Shown here: in pieces, positions 1 through 8,360 of the stretch
Layout: each line of letters starts with the position of its first letter
How positions within the stretch are numbered: position 1 is the first letter of the stretch
Source: a virus
Direction: 5' to 3' (one strand)
DNA: 64,000 nucleotides
Virus record (IMG/VR): IMGVR_UViG_3300017991_000051
Location: 32,001-96,000 of that record
The notes under the pieces: generated by a model
What the model was told of the DNA's origin: nothing
Seen by the model: only the letters and a program-made list of their open reading frames with translations
Databases searched by the model: none
Translations under genes and position numbers: made by a program

Positions 1-69
1 TGTAGTCGTGCTTCGTCTGCGCCTGCTGCATGAGCAACGCAGCCAATGATTGCAATGTCTGCCCCGTCT

Positions 70-360
70 TCATTCTGTATTTTCTCCTGCTTCGTCAAAC
101 AACTCACCGTCGGGATCGAAGTCCCGGTAGATGCCCCCGTTCTCGGGGACGTTCTCGTCACCGTGTATGGCGATAAACCACGTACCTTCATCGTCGTCGA
201 ACGCGACGGTACCCAACGTGCCGCCGAAGTATTCGGTCACCACGTCGGCTAGGTCCTCGAGGAAGTGCTTGTACGTGTCAGCCTCATCTATCTCACCGTG
301 ATCCGTGATCGCGCGCGAGAGTATAGTCAACAGCTCAATGTCCGTTAGTATCTTTGCCAT
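70..360 (-). CDS. hypothetical protein
   Basis: 96 aa acidic ORF, co-oriented with neighbours. Confidence 0.7.
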   Translation of the reverse strand: MAKILTDIELLTILSRAITDHGEIDEADTYKHFLEDLADVVTEYFGGTLGTVAFDDDEGTWFIAIHGDENVPENGGIYRDFDPDGELFDEAGENTE

Positions 361-367
361 AAGTAGC

Positions 368-393
368 GGGGAGCCGGCGTTAACCGGCTCCCC
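368..393 (-). terminator. GC-rich hairpin, possible terminator or processing site
   Basis: GGGGAGCCGG-cgttaa-CCGGCTCCCC intergenic inverted repeat; no clear U-tract. Confidence 0.45.
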
Positions 394-401
394 ACGCCCC
401 T

Positions 402-1256
402 TTAGCGCGCAGCCATACGCTTGTTCTCGTAGGCTTGGATCGCAATCTTGATAGCGTGTAATCTTATCGTTAGATCATGTTGCTGCTGCCGCAACGCCTC
501 CAGCATACCGCCAGCATCTTCTTCGACCACCGGTTGCGCCGTCGACTGCGATTCTTTTTTCGTCGCGGACGGCTTAGCCGCAGTGGCTTTATCGCGCTCA
601 GCGCGCCGCGCGGCCGCGCGTTTCTTTTTCTCGTCCGCTAGTTCCGCATTGGTCTTGATTTTTTGCGTTCTGCGGTAAACGCCGGCCCATTCGCGGTATA
701 TTCCGTTAAACCGATACAGCCATTTCGAACATAGTTCTTCATCGACCGACATGAACTCGTAGTATTCGTCGGTGAACTGTTTCTCGGTTACTTCCCCAGC
801 ATTGACGCACGCGACCAGTTGTGTAATGTCAACAGCCGAGATGCTCTGCATGGTTTTTGTGTGTACCGGAACAATCCACCTATGTTTGAGGAATTCCGTC
901 GCCTTAAACCAGCCTGCATCATGGACCTCAGCTGTCAGTTTTTGGACTATGATGGAGTACATAGGGTTTCCAGCTTCCCAGCCGGCCGCCGGCTCATCAC
1001 TACGCTGGCGAACTCGCGCCATCGTTTCCTCAGCCCACTCCGGTTTGAAGTCCATAAGGATTATCTCAGGATCGTCCCGCAGCTCGGGACAAAGATCTAA
1101 TTTCGTTGCCAACATGTAGCGCTTTCCGTCCAGCATTTTGCTAACATGACTGTTCGCATGCGCCCACGTTAGCGCACAAAACACAGCTGCGGCATCCTTA
1201 ATACCGGCCGTCGATACGCTGTATGGTACTTCTCTCTTCTTCTTTTTTCCCGCCAT
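402..1256 (-). CDS. hypothetical protein with C-terminal coiled coil
   Basis: 284 aa ORF with GGGAGGG RBS. Confidence 0.75.
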   Translation of the reverse strand: MAGKKKKREVPYSVSTAGIKDAAAVFCALTWAHANSHVSKMLDGKRYMLATKLDLCPELRDDPEIILMDFKPEWAEETMARVRQRSDEPAAGWEAGNPMYSIIVQKLTAEVHDAGWFKATEFLKHRWIVPVHTKTMQSISAVDITQLVACVNAGEVTEKQFTDEYYEFMSVDEELCSKWLYRFNGIYREWAGVYRRTQKIKTNAELADEKKKRAAARRAERDKATAAKPSATKKESQSTAQPVVEEDAGGMLEALRQQQHDLTIRLHAIKIAIQAYENKRMAAR

Positions 1257-1271
1257 TTGTTATCCCTCCCT

Positions 1272-2762
1272 TTACTTTGCAGCCCTCCGCAGCATCGCCT
1301 TCTTGACGAACAGCTCAGGCTCAAATTTCTTATACAGTTTGGGTTCGGATGCCAACAGCGCAGTATGCTCGTTAACCAAACGCTCGAACTCCTTATCGTA
1401 AACCCCGTCATGACCGGTACCCATACAGTGGGCTAACTCGTGGAGAACGATCGATGTCAGCTTTGACACCGGCTGCTCCAGTGCTGCCTTCTTAAGCAGC
1501 TTGACATTGAACGTTATGGACTGGCCGTGGCTGTAGAACGCCATAGTCGTGAACGAGTTCCACGTCGCGTATATGACCACAACGTTCTTCTCGTAGAACC
1601 GACGGCAGAGGAACTGCACGTACTTGCGCAGATGATCCCTCGCCGGGCTATCCTTCACCTCCCGGAAACCCTCCGGCAGCCCCGTTTTCTCCAGCTCGTC
1701 CCGGTCTCGGCAGAACCTCTCCTTCGTGGTCGCGATGCCTCCCGCACGCAGCTTGTGGTTCACGCCGGAACCGAAGGTGCGGGATGATACTATGGTAGCA
1801 CCCGACCGCGCCGCCTCCTGATCCGAGTCCGGATCGTGCGATTGGATAACCGCATTGTCACCGAACTGCTGGTGGAACATGTTGGCCGCCGTCTCCGGAT
1901 CCATCCGGTCATCCTCCATCGCCATCCGGACATGGGACTGGCCCAAATCTCCCGGTTTCATCCTGTCGTGGAGCGCCATCAGCATCTCCGCGTAGATGTC
2001 CTGTAGGAAGGACTGCGGTACCAACGTACGGTCCTGCGACAGCGGAACCTTCTGCTGTACATCGACATCGAACGTACCGCCTATAGTACAGACGGGGATC
2101 CCCATCTCACACAGGTGAGCCTTTTCCTGCCGCTTGTGGTAGAACCAGACCTTAGTGCGCCGGGATGTCTTCGTCATCATCTGTTGGCCTTTGACGGTCT
2201 TAACGTACTCGGTAGACAGCCGTGTGGAAATCTCCTTCAACGGCTTCACGTACTTTAGACGCTCGCCGTTGAGGGTGTATTTGATACCCTTCGGAACGTA
2301 CAGCGCGCAAAGGAATGCGAGCGCTTGATTCAGCTCCTTGTCGGACCAGCGCGGCAACGTTACGATCACCTTGGAGCCTTTGTCCGTCCCGTCCTTGGCG
2401 GCGTGACGGCCGCTCGCATTGAACATGATCGTACCCGTGGTGGTTCGTACCGAGGCAGATATCGCGCGCGCGATTACGAGCTTTTCTCCTAGGTTGTAGC
2501 GCCCCCGAACTGTTGGGTCGCTGCGCTTCTCGGTCGAGCCGAACAACGTATACGCGTCACGTATGTTTTTGAACCCGTCCGGATTGTCGTCCTCGACGAT
2601 CACCTTCGTAGTCTTTGCGTCCTGCTTGATCGTCACCGCACACAGCTTGCCGGCGGTATCCCAGCAGTTCTGTACGAGTTCCGACACCATCCGCTCGGGC
2701 GGAAAGTTCGCGAACATCTCCTTCAGCCCGTCTTTATCCACATCGAACCAACTCTTACTCAT
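1272..2762 (-). CDS. GHKL (HATPase_c) ATPase fused to a C-terminal HEXXH metalloprotease-like domain
   Basis: ELVQNCWD, VEDDNPDG and RGRYNLGEK GHKL motifs; C-terminal VLHELAHCMGTGHD. Confidence 0.75.
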   Translation of the reverse strand: MSKSWFDVDKDGLKEMFANFPPERMVSELVQNCWDTAGKLCAVTIKQDAKTTKVIVEDDNPDGFKNIRDAYTLFGSTEKRSDPTVRGRYNLGEKLVIARAISASVRTTTGTIMFNASGRHAAKDGTDKGSKVIVTLPRWSDKELNQALAFLCALYVPKGIKYTLNGERLKYVKPLKEISTRLSTEYVKTVKGQQMMTKTSRRTKVWFYHKRQEKAHLCEMGIPVCTIGGTFDVDVQQKVPLSQDRTLVPQSFLQDIYAEMLMALHDRMKPGDLGQSHVRMAMEDDRMDPETAANMFHQQFGDNAVIQSHDPDSDQEAARSGATIVSSRTFGSGVNHKLRAGGIATTKERFCRDRDELEKTGLPEGFREVKDSPARDHLRKYVQFLCRRFYEKNVVVIYATWNSFTTMAFYSHGQSITFNVKLLKKAALEQPVSKLTSIVLHELAHCMGTGHDGVYDKEFERLVNEHTALLASEPKLYKKFEPELFVKKAMLRRAAK

Positions 2763-3195
2763 CCTCCACGTCCTCCTGCAGGAATTCCGGTATGTCGTCC
2801 GGACACGTGTCCGGCGCGTCCACTACGTCCAACCAAGTATGCAGCTCGTCGTACTTCACCGCATTCATCAAATCCTCGTACATACACTGTTTGGCATGTT
2901 CCACCATCTCCTTGTTGTCGAGGTCGACCACGTAGTCGAGGTTCAAAACCACGCGACCCATTCGGCAGTCTGTGTGCGCTTTAGCTTCCTCGCGCGCCGG
3001 GTCATAGAAGTCGAGCCGGCCGGTGTTTATATCCTCGCATAGTGCGTCGACAGCCTCGTCCGATAACGGGGCCATACACTCCTCGTCCGGAGGCGTGCTG
3101 ACAAAGTGCTCCATGCACGCGAAGTCGATCTCGCCGGCATGTTCTTGGCAGTACCTGAGCGCTGCCAGTAAGTGCGCAACTGTTCTATCGTCCAT
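2755..3195 (-). CDS. hypothetical protein
   Basis: 146 aa, GAGG RBS, overlaps the next gene. Confidence 0.7.
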   Translation of the reverse strand: MDDRTVAHLLAALRYCQEHAGEIDFACMEHFVSTPPDEECMAPLSDEAVDALCEDINTGRLDFYDPAREEAKAHTDCRMGRVVLNLDYVVDLDNKEMVEHAKQCMYEDLMNAVKYDELHTWLDVVDAPDTCPDDIPEFLQEDVEDE

Positions 3196-3204
3196 ACAGC
3201 CTCC

Positions 3205-3402
3205 TCATTTAACAACGTGGCACGCTTCCATGTACCACTCTGCAGGTTCGCTGGGATCCGGTTCGGGGATATCACCGATACTCACGGTCAGCTTGTCCTT
3301 GTCTATTTCCGACTTATCAATGCCGATATCCCTTACCTGACCACAACAGCTACAGGATAGTCGGATAAACTGACGATTCGGATCTATTATCAGTTCAAGC
3401 AT
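3205..3402 (-). CDS. small Cys-containing hypothetical protein
   Basis: MLELII...CSCCG; start overlaps the upstream gene end. Confidence 0.55.
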   Translation of the reverse strand: MLELIIDPNRQFIRLSCSCCGQVRDIGIDKSEIDKDKLTVSIGDIPEPDPSEPAEWYMEACHVVK

Positions 3403-4063
3403 CGTCCATCCCCTTATGTTGAGCAAATGCGTGCATTAGCTCCGCCACCTCCGGAATAGCTTCCGCGTCATTTGGTGGATACTTTTCCAGCAGCGCCAGT
3501 GCTTGCTTAACTATATCGAGCATTTCACGCGTTGATTGCTGAAGCTTTCCGACCTGATTCATCAAGTCTTCTGCTATGGTGCTGGCCTTCCGACCTGTCT
3601 CGATATACTTCGCTACATCGTTCAGCAACGCACCCTCCGGCCATTCCAGCCCGTATTTCTTAAATATGCCGATCACTGCAGCAGTATCCCGCGCCTTCTC
3701 CTCACAGTTACTTTCGCTGTATATCGCGTCCAGCCACGGCTCCGCAGCATCCACCATCGCGTTGTTGATGTCGGAGTAGTCAGGGTGATAGAGCCAATAA
3801 TGGCCACCCATCTCGACCGACACACAGCCGCGGCGACGGTCAAACTGACTAAAGAACTTCCGCTTATCCTGCGGACGTACGAAATAGGTATCATAAAAGC
3901 CCAACCTGTTATAATGAGCTATGAAGGACGCATGCTGAATAAGGTGATTATAAAGCGCCTTCTTGAAGTGATCCAACTTGCACCCGTGTTTGAGGAAGGT
4001 CTTCCACTGCCGGAGTACCGTCTCCTTCTCCTTCGCTGTCATAAATTGAACATCTTTCATCAC
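3395..4063 (-). CDS. hypothetical phage protein
   Basis: 222 aa, GGAG RBS. Confidence 0.75.
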   Translation of the reverse strand: MMKDVQFMTAKEKETVLRQWKTFLKHGCKLDHFKKALYNHLIQHASFIAHYNRLGFYDTYFVRPQDKRKFFSQFDRRRGCVSVEMGGHYWLYHPDYSDINNAMVDAAEPWLDAIYSESNCEEKARDTAAVIGIFKKYGLEWPEGALLNDVAKYIETGRKASTIAEDLMNQVGKLQQSTREMLDIVKQALALLEKYPPNDAEAIPEVAELMHAFAQHKGMDDA

Positions 4064-4677
4064 TCACTCCTTCTCTCCCATATTGCGTTTTTGACCATAT
4101 CGATCACAGATTGACGATCTAATTCCGGATGATCGTCTTCGTCACACAACCACGACAGTACATGCTGTAATGCTGTATTCATAACCTCAGCACGCAGTAT
4201 CAGCCCGTCAACGCGCGCATACGACCGCGAAGAGTTTTCGAAATCGCAACGAACGCCATCGTCTAAATCTTTCTCACGCTCCATAGCATCGAGTTGATCG
4301 CGCGCTAGTTGCAACACGCACTCGATATCGTCGTCGCGGCGAGCCATAGGTATATCGTAGCGGTCGGACCATTCGCGAAGTACGTCCTCGCTACCACTAC
4401 CGATGTCTTCCCACTTCCTGATAGCTTTACGAACATAATCGTAACCGTCCGATGTCAGCGGATTATCAAGAAAACATTGACAATAATCACAGTGTTGCGG
4501 ACAGTCCGCCTCGCCTCCGCCGTCCGAGTAAGGACCCTTCGGGAAATCATCGGAATCGAATGTGGCCTCATCGTCCGGATTCTCCGGAGCCTCACCGTTA
4601 TCTGTAAGATCCTTCCGGACCTCGTCACCGCACTGCTCGCACAGCAACGCCGCTTGGTATAGATATACGTTCATCAT
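4060..4677 (-). CDS. hypothetical phage protein (CxxC...CxxC)
   Basis: 205 aa, AAGGAG RBS. Confidence 0.75.
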   Translation of the reverse strand: MMNVYLYQAALLCEQCGDEVRKDLTDNGEAPENPDDEATFDSDDFPKGPYSDGGGEADCPQHCDYCQCFLDNPLTSDGYDYVRKAIRKWEDIGSGSEDVLREWSDRYDIPMARRDDDIECVLQLARDQLDAMEREKDLDDGVRCDFENSSRSYARVDGLILRAEVMNTALQHVLSWLCDEDDHPELDRQSVIDMVKNAIWERRSE

Positions 4678-4684
4678 CGCTCCT

Positions 4685-4903
4685 TTATGTTCGTTTCCAA
4701 AACCGCGTCGCGTTTTTCCAGCGTACGCGTTCGCGTTCCGTACCTGGCGCCTGGTCGTACCCCACTACCTTGCGCCCGCAAACTGGACAACACTGCTGGT
4801 CGTCCGTTATCGCCGCCCCGCAACATTGCGTGAACATCGTACTGTTTGTTCCCTGTGGCATTAGCGGCACTATATCAACGATAACATCTTCGTTATAGTG
4901 CAT
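4685..4903 (-). CDS. small zinc-ribbon protein
   Basis: TQCCG...CPVCG, AGGAGG RBS. Confidence 0.7.
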   Translation of the reverse strand: MHYNEDVIVDIVPLMPQGTNSTMFTQCCGAAITDDQQCCPVCGRKVVGYDQAPGTERERVRWKNATRFWKRT

Positions 4904-4905
4904 GA

Positions 4906-5082
4906 TTACCTCCTCAGCTGTATCGCTGCTATAAACACAGTCGCAAACAATGCCCAGAAGAGCATCATCCCTATCGCATATTTTATTGCGTCACCATTAG
5001 TGGGACAGATATCCTGCGACGTACCGCGTTCCGGCCTGTTCACGCGTTCAGCGTTCCACCATTTTCTAAACCGATTTATCAC
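4906..5082 (-). CDS. small membrane protein (58 aa, not in the ORF track)
   Basis: AAAGGAGG RBS + GTG; hydrophobic C-terminus MMLFWALFATVFIAAI; start abuts attC1. Confidence 0.6.
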   Translation of the reverse strand: MINRFRKWWNAERVNRPERGTSQDICPTNGDAIKYAIGMMLFWALFATVFIAAIQLRR

Positions 5083-5092
5083 TACTTCCTCC

Positions 5093-5151
5093 TTTCAACG
5101 CGAAGCTGAAGGCGACGCGGTAGATCGCGCGCCTTAGCTCAATCGTTGGAA
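5093..5151 (+). repeat. attC1 (59 bp, family A)
   Basis: TTTCAAC GCGAA GCTGAAGG CGACGCGG TAGA TCGCGCG CCTTAGC TCAATC GTTGGAA. Confidence 0.9.
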
Positions 5152-5358
5152 CTCTTGATGAATCTCAAAAGCGTAAATAGTTTTCAGTACGGCTATCACT
5201 GCCTCAATATGTGGCTTGGCCACAAACTTCGGTGTGCATACTTTTCCGTCTGGGCTATGCTTCCATTCGTCGGGGCTCTCGGCCCACGCTTCCAGCTGGC
5301 CGTCATCCAGCGTCTTGAAATGAAACTGCCAATCGTGTCGAGGTAAAACCGATAACAT
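5134..5358 (-). CDS. cassette hypothetical protein (bottom strand)
   Basis: GGAGG RBS, MLSVLPRHDW..., stop inside attC1. Confidence 0.6.
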   Translation of the reverse strand: MLSVLPRHDWQFHFKTLDDGQLEAWAESPDEWKHSPDGKVCTPKFVAKPHIEAVIAVLKTIYAFEIHQEFQRLS

Positions 5359-5371
5359 AGGAGAATCCTCC

Positions 5372-5605
5372 ATGGCTCAGGTTATGAATGAACATTGCAT
5401 GCGTTTTGCTGGGCAGCTCCATACCGTTAGTCAGACATGGGACGAATACCAGCTAACCGTAACGATCAGTCCACCATCTAAGCCACTGGCGAAACGATTG
5501 TCACAGTTGTTGACACCGACGAACCAGCTAATGCTGATTTTCAACGAAGGTGCTTGGGAGTTCCAACAAGGAGCTGAAGGCGACGCGGTAAACCGCGCGC
5601 CTTAG
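5372..5605 (+). CDS. cassette hypothetical protein (top strand)
   Basis: AGGAG RBS, 77 aa, stop inside attC2. Confidence 0.55.
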   Translation: MAQVMNEHCMRFAGQLHTVSQTWDEYQLTVTISPPSKPLAKRLSQLLTPTNQLMLIFNEGAWEFQQGAEGDAVNRAP

Positions 5606-5619
5606 CTCAACCGTTGAAA
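5561..5619 (+). repeat. attC2 (59 bp, family A)
   Basis: TTCCAAC AAGGA GCTGAAGG...CCTTAGC TCAACC GTTGAAA; GAGTTCCAAC complements the cassette start GTTGGAACTC. Confidence 0.92.
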
Positions 5620-5627
5620 GGTAAACA

Positions 5628-5918
5628 TTATGGAACTTGAACAGTGTTGTCAGAATCCGGCGTGTCCGGACAAAGGTGCCCCGCTACACACTTATACCAC
5701 GGAGCTAATGGCTCACGAGGATCCAGCTCTACCCACGTCTGACACAATAGCGGATACGGACCGCCCGACTTCTCACACAGAGTGTAGCCCAACTTTTCTA
5801 CTTCTTGTCTGCTCAGCTTGCGGTCTGACACGAATGTTTCATCATGAGACACAACTGCAATCGTCCGCCCGTCATCGTCCAGAACGGGGGTCACTTTTGT
5901 AACTTGTGCTGCAAACAT
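5628..5918 (-). CDS. cassette hypothetical protein (bottom strand)
   Basis: AAAGGAGG RBS directly next to attC3, 96 aa. Confidence 0.6.
   Translation of the reverse strand: MFAAQVTKVTPVLDDDGRTIAVVSHDETFVSDRKLSRQEVEKLGYTLCEKSGGPYPLLCQTWVELDPREPLAPWYKCVAGHLCPDTPDSDNTVQVP
5630..5902 (+). CDS. cassette Cys-rich hypothetical protein (top strand)
   Basis: ATG 17 nt after the cassette GTT; CCQNPAC...CSACG. Confidence 0.5.
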   Translation: MELEQCCQNPACPDKGAPLHTYTTELMAHEDPALPTSDTIADTDRPTSHTECSPTFLLLVCSACGLTRMFHHETQLQSSARHRPERGSLL

Positions 5919-5928
5919 TATAACCTCC

Positions 5929-5987
5929 TTTCAACAAGGAGCTGAAGGCGACGCGGTTGCCCGCGCGCCTTAGCTCAACCGTTGTCT
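5929..5987 (+). repeat. attC3 (59 bp, family A)
   Basis: TTTCAAC...GTTGTCT, same core as attC2. Confidence 0.92.
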
Positions 5988-6226
5988 GCATTGAACTGGC
6001 GCTGTACTGGCTGCGCCATGATGATGTGCTGTGCTGCGTGAATCGCGCGGCGAAATTCGGTAGTTTCGTCGGAATGCACCGAGTTAAGTCGCACAAACTA
6101 GTTCCATGCGTCTGCCAGTCTGCTCACGACCGAATTTTCGGCGGCAGACAACAAAGAGGTGGACGGCGACACGGAAACCGCGCCGACCTCCTCTGTTGCT
6201 TCGTTGCGTTGTTCAGCGGTTTCCAT
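5975..6226 (-). pseudogene. cassette gene interrupted by an in-frame TAG at 6098-6100
   Basis: GGAGGTGA RBS + ATG inside attC4; reads METAEQ...LADAWN*FVRLNSVHSDETTEFRRAIHAAQHIIMAQ. Confidence 0.55.
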
Positions 6227-6249
6227 GCGCGTCACCTCCAGCGTTGGCA
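6146..6249 (+). repeat. attC4 (104 bp)
   Basis: AGACAAC AAAGA GGTGGACG...CGTCACC TCCAGC GTTGGCA; GCAGACAAC complements GTTGTCTGC. Confidence 0.85.
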
Positions 6250-6266
6250 ATGAAAGGAATACAGAG

Positions 6267-6455
6267 ATGAAGTACGTTGTTTATCTTGTCGGCCTACCAG
6301 TTGAAAACGGTATAGAAATCCGAAGTGATGAGGATTTACTAACTCTGTTTCGACAGGACGCCGACCCAAATCGTATTATCTCCGTCTCCCGTTATAAACC
6401 AAACGACACACTACTCCGCGTGTCGTCTATCGCGCTTCTCTCCAAGAAAGATTGA
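6267..6455 (+). CDS. cassette hypothetical protein (top strand, 62 aa)
   Basis: AAAGGA RBS, MKYVVYLVG... Confidence 0.6.
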   Translation: MKYVVYLVGLPVENGIEIRSDEDLLTLFRQDADPNRIISVSRYKPNDTLLRVSSIALLSKKD

Positions 6456-6584
6456 CGCGGCACGCTCAGCCGCGTTCGCAAGAGTAACTACGCGATCGAA
6501 AAACACCTTGTCCGGTTCTGCCGGATCTTTTTTACTGAGTTCACACTGAAGCACAATATTGAATCGTTCCTGCTTATAGTTCAT
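6411..6584 (-). CDS. cassette hypothetical protein (bottom strand, 57 aa, not in the ORF track)
   Basis: TAGGAGG RBS, MNYKQERFNIVLQCELSKKD...RRHAE*. Confidence 0.55.
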   Translation of the reverse strand: MNYKQERFNIVLQCELSKKDPAEPDKVFFDRVVTLANAAERAASIFLGEKRDRRHAE

Positions 6585-6865
6585 TTTAACCTCCTAATGA
6601 AATTGCCAACAACGCACTGCACGCTATCGGCGTAGGACGCCGAAGCGTGAGTGCAAACGTTCTGCTTTAGGGTTTCCAGCGCCACCAATGCTTCGTCAAT
6701 GTCGCGGATGTTCTCTTGCTCGGCGTCGTCACCGTCAAGGAAGCGTGCCATGTATGCTCTGGCTTTCCACGATTTCCGTGTGTCACGCAGCACCCGCTCG
6801 ATTGTGTGCAAAGCAGAACAATCGGATGGACAACTACCTTCATTCGCCGCGCTTCGCTTTCTCAT
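6581..6865 (-). CDS. cassette hypothetical protein reading through attC5
   Basis: Starts in the attC6 loop; stop overlaps the next ATG (ATGA). Confidence 0.55.
   Translation of the reverse strand: MRKRSAANEGSCPSDCSALHTIERVLRDTRKSWKARAYMARFLDGDDAEQENIRDIDEALVALETLKQNVCTHASASYADSVQCVVGNFIRRLK
6604..6665 (+). repeat. attC5 (62 bp)
   Basis: TGCCAAC AACGC ACTGCACG...CGTGAGT GCAAAC GTTCTGC. Confidence 0.85.
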
Positions 6866-6892
6866 TTCGGAGTGTCATCCTTTCCGTTAGAC
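6813..6892 (+). repeat. attC6 (80 bp)
   Basis: GCAGAAC AATCG GATGGACA...TGTCATC CTTTCC GTTAGAC; AAAGCAGAAC complements GTTCTGCTTT. Confidence 0.82.
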
Positions 6893-6898
6893 AGCAAC

Positions 6899-7144
6899 TC
6901 AGCGTGCAACGCCGCGAAGCTGCATGAACTTCTTTCCGATGCTTTCCACAACGCACTTAGCCTCTGCACCTTCCTCGTTGCGGACGTAGACCGTCTCACC
7001 GTTGCGGAAGATCGGCCACAACCTCTCATCTTGTAGGCTGTTGCGCTTCGGGCCTTCCATGCGGTCGAGGATCTCATCCCTCATGGACTTCAGGGTGGCC
7101 ACATCTTCCGCCGTCTCAAACGTTCCTGTATCTGGTCTTTGCAT
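6899..7144 (-). CDS. cassette hypothetical protein
   Basis: AGAAAGGA RBS, 81 aa, fills the cassette. Confidence 0.7.
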   Translation of the reverse strand: MQRPDTGTFETAEDVATLKSMRDEILDRMEGPKRNSLQDERLWPIFRNGETVYVRNEEGAEAKCVVESIGKKFMQLRGVAR

Positions 7145-7163
7145 GTCTGTCCTTTCTGTTGCT

Positions 7164-7220
7164 GTCTAACAACTCACTTGAACCGACGCCTAAAGGCGCG
7201 GCTCACTTCGGGCGTTAGAT
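7164..7220 (+). repeat. attC7 (57 bp)
   Basis: GTCTAAC AACTC ACTTGAAC...GTTAGAT; 13-bp cassette-end complement GTTAGACAGCAAC/GTTGCTGTCTAAC. Confidence 0.85.
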
Positions 7221-7469
7221 TGCCCTTGTGTTCCAGTTGTCCAACGCCTTTTCAAGCGTTTCTCCTGTTGTCTGCGGAGTCACAGGGCATTCCTCGTTGT
7301 CACAGCCCACAAAGTGTTTGGTCGGTGCGCCTCCGTGCCACGGCTCAATGTCTGGCAACATGCCGCAGAATGGGCAATCTAACAAAGCACTGGACTGTAC
7401 TTCTGAAAGCCGCACGTCCGACTTGCCTGAGTGTGATTCAAACACATAGCATCCATTCTCATTTATCAT
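7215..7469 (-). CDS. Lar family restriction alleviation-like protein (cassette)
   Basis: LLDCPFCG...FVGCDNEEC...EKALDNWNTRA is the Lar-like pattern; RBS and ATG lie in the attC8 loop. Confidence 0.75.
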   Translation of the reverse strand: MINENGCYVFESHSGKSDVRLSEVQSSALLDCPFCGMLPDIEPWHGGAPTKHFVGCDNEECPVTPQTTGETLEKALDNWNTRAI

Positions 7470-7519
7470 CGTTGTTCCTTTCCCCGGCTTTCAGAAGCCA
7501 GTCAGTTTATGCGTTGGGT
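7377..7519 (+). repeat. attC8 (143 bp, long loop)
   Basis: ATCTAAC AAAGC ACTGGACT..CTTCTGAAAGCCG...CGGCTTTCAGAAG..AGTCAGT TTATGC GTTGGGT. Confidence 0.85.
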
Positions 7520-7522
7520 TGC

Positions 7523-7714
7523 TCAGTCCTGTCCCTGTCCATGTGACGGCCCCTGTACGAGCCGGTACATCTCCGGCGGAAGGCTGAAGTTTAGAAACTG
7601 ATCGCAGTCCTTCCAACCGTCTTCCCTCAACGCTTGCAGTTTGGTATCCGTCATTCCCCATGCAATCATCAGCTTGCCCATTTCGACTGCCTGTTCTCTT
7701 GTGTAGCCTTTCAT
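7523..7714 (-). CDS. cassette phage-type hypothetical protein
   Basis: AAGGAGAAGG RBS; MKGYTREQA...WKDCD...YRLV. Confidence 0.7.
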   Translation of the reverse strand: MKGYTREQAVEMGKLMIAWGMTDTKLQALREDGWKDCDQFLNFSLPPEMYRLVQGPSHGQGQD

Positions 7715-7736
7715 CGTCCTTCTCCTTTCGTTCGCA

Positions 7737-7794
7737 ACCCAACAACCCCGTGCACCCGACTCGCTAAGGCTCGCGGGTAACGGCGGCGTTAGAT
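7737..7794 (+). repeat. attC9 (58 bp)
   Basis: ACCCAAC AACCC CGTGCACC...GGTAACG GCGGC GTTAGAT. Confidence 0.85.
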
Positions 7795-8043
7795 TTCCAG
7801 CCTTAGCAACTCAACAACTTTACGGTCCTGTTCGTTTCCTGTCTCAATCGTCAAACGGCCTTCCTCGAACGCCCTTCGCACGAATGGTCCCAACAAGCCG
7901 ACTTGATCCCCGTACACTTTCATCTTGTCATAGATGTAACCGATACTGTTGCCCATGTAGGTCTGGTTTGCCAACGAATGTTGTAGGTGCTCGATTTCAT
8001 CCTTCAACTCATTCAGATCGTCCAACTCAACCTCAACCTTCAT
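7789..8043 (-). CDS. cassette hypothetical protein
   Basis: AAGGAGG RBS, MKVEVELDD..., stop on the GTT(A) crossover site. Confidence 0.7.
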   Translation of the reverse strand: MKVEVELDDLNELKDEIEHLQHSLANQTYMGNSIGYIYDKMKVYGDQVGLLGPFVRRAFEEGRLTIETGNEQDRKVVELLRLEI

Positions 8044-8067
8044 ACCTGCCTCCTTTTGCGGCTGGAA

Positions 8068-8127
8068 ATCTAACAACTGCGTGGACGTTATCGGCTACCC
8101 GCCGAAACGTCACGCGACGCGTTGGAC
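8068..8127 (+). repeat. attC10 (60 bp)
   Basis: ATCTAAC AACTG CGTGGACG...CGTCACG CGACGC GTTGGAC; 15-bp cassette-end complement. Confidence 0.87.
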
Positions 8128-8306
8128 ATATTGACTGCCGCGTGCGCAACGGGCTTGCCGCAGATCACGCATTTCCCGGCGCTGTCCGGCCTGACTTTGT
8201 GCTTGCCGCCCATGTAGCAAGCGCCATAATACAACCCGCACCACTTACGATGCTTGGCCCAGTCGAACACCATGAGTCCGCATCTCGGGCACTTGTCACA
8301 CGTCAC
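8088..8306 (-). CDS. cassette Cys-rich small protein
   Basis: AAGGAG RBS + GTG; CPRCG...CVICG. Confidence 0.6.
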   Translation of the reverse strand: MTCDKCPRCGLMVFDWAKHRKWCGLYYGACYMGGKHKVRPDSAGKCVICGKPVAHAAVNMSNASRDVSAGSR

Positions 8307-8322
8307 GTTGGTTCTCCTTCCT

Positions 8323-8358
8323 GCCCAACAACTCACTTGAACCGACGCCTATCGGGCG
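8323..8358 (+). repeat. attC11, truncated or internally deleted
   Basis: Left arm identical to attC7 (AAC AACTC ACTTGAACCGACGCCTA); right arm missing. Confidence 0.65.
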
Positions 8359-8360
8359 TA

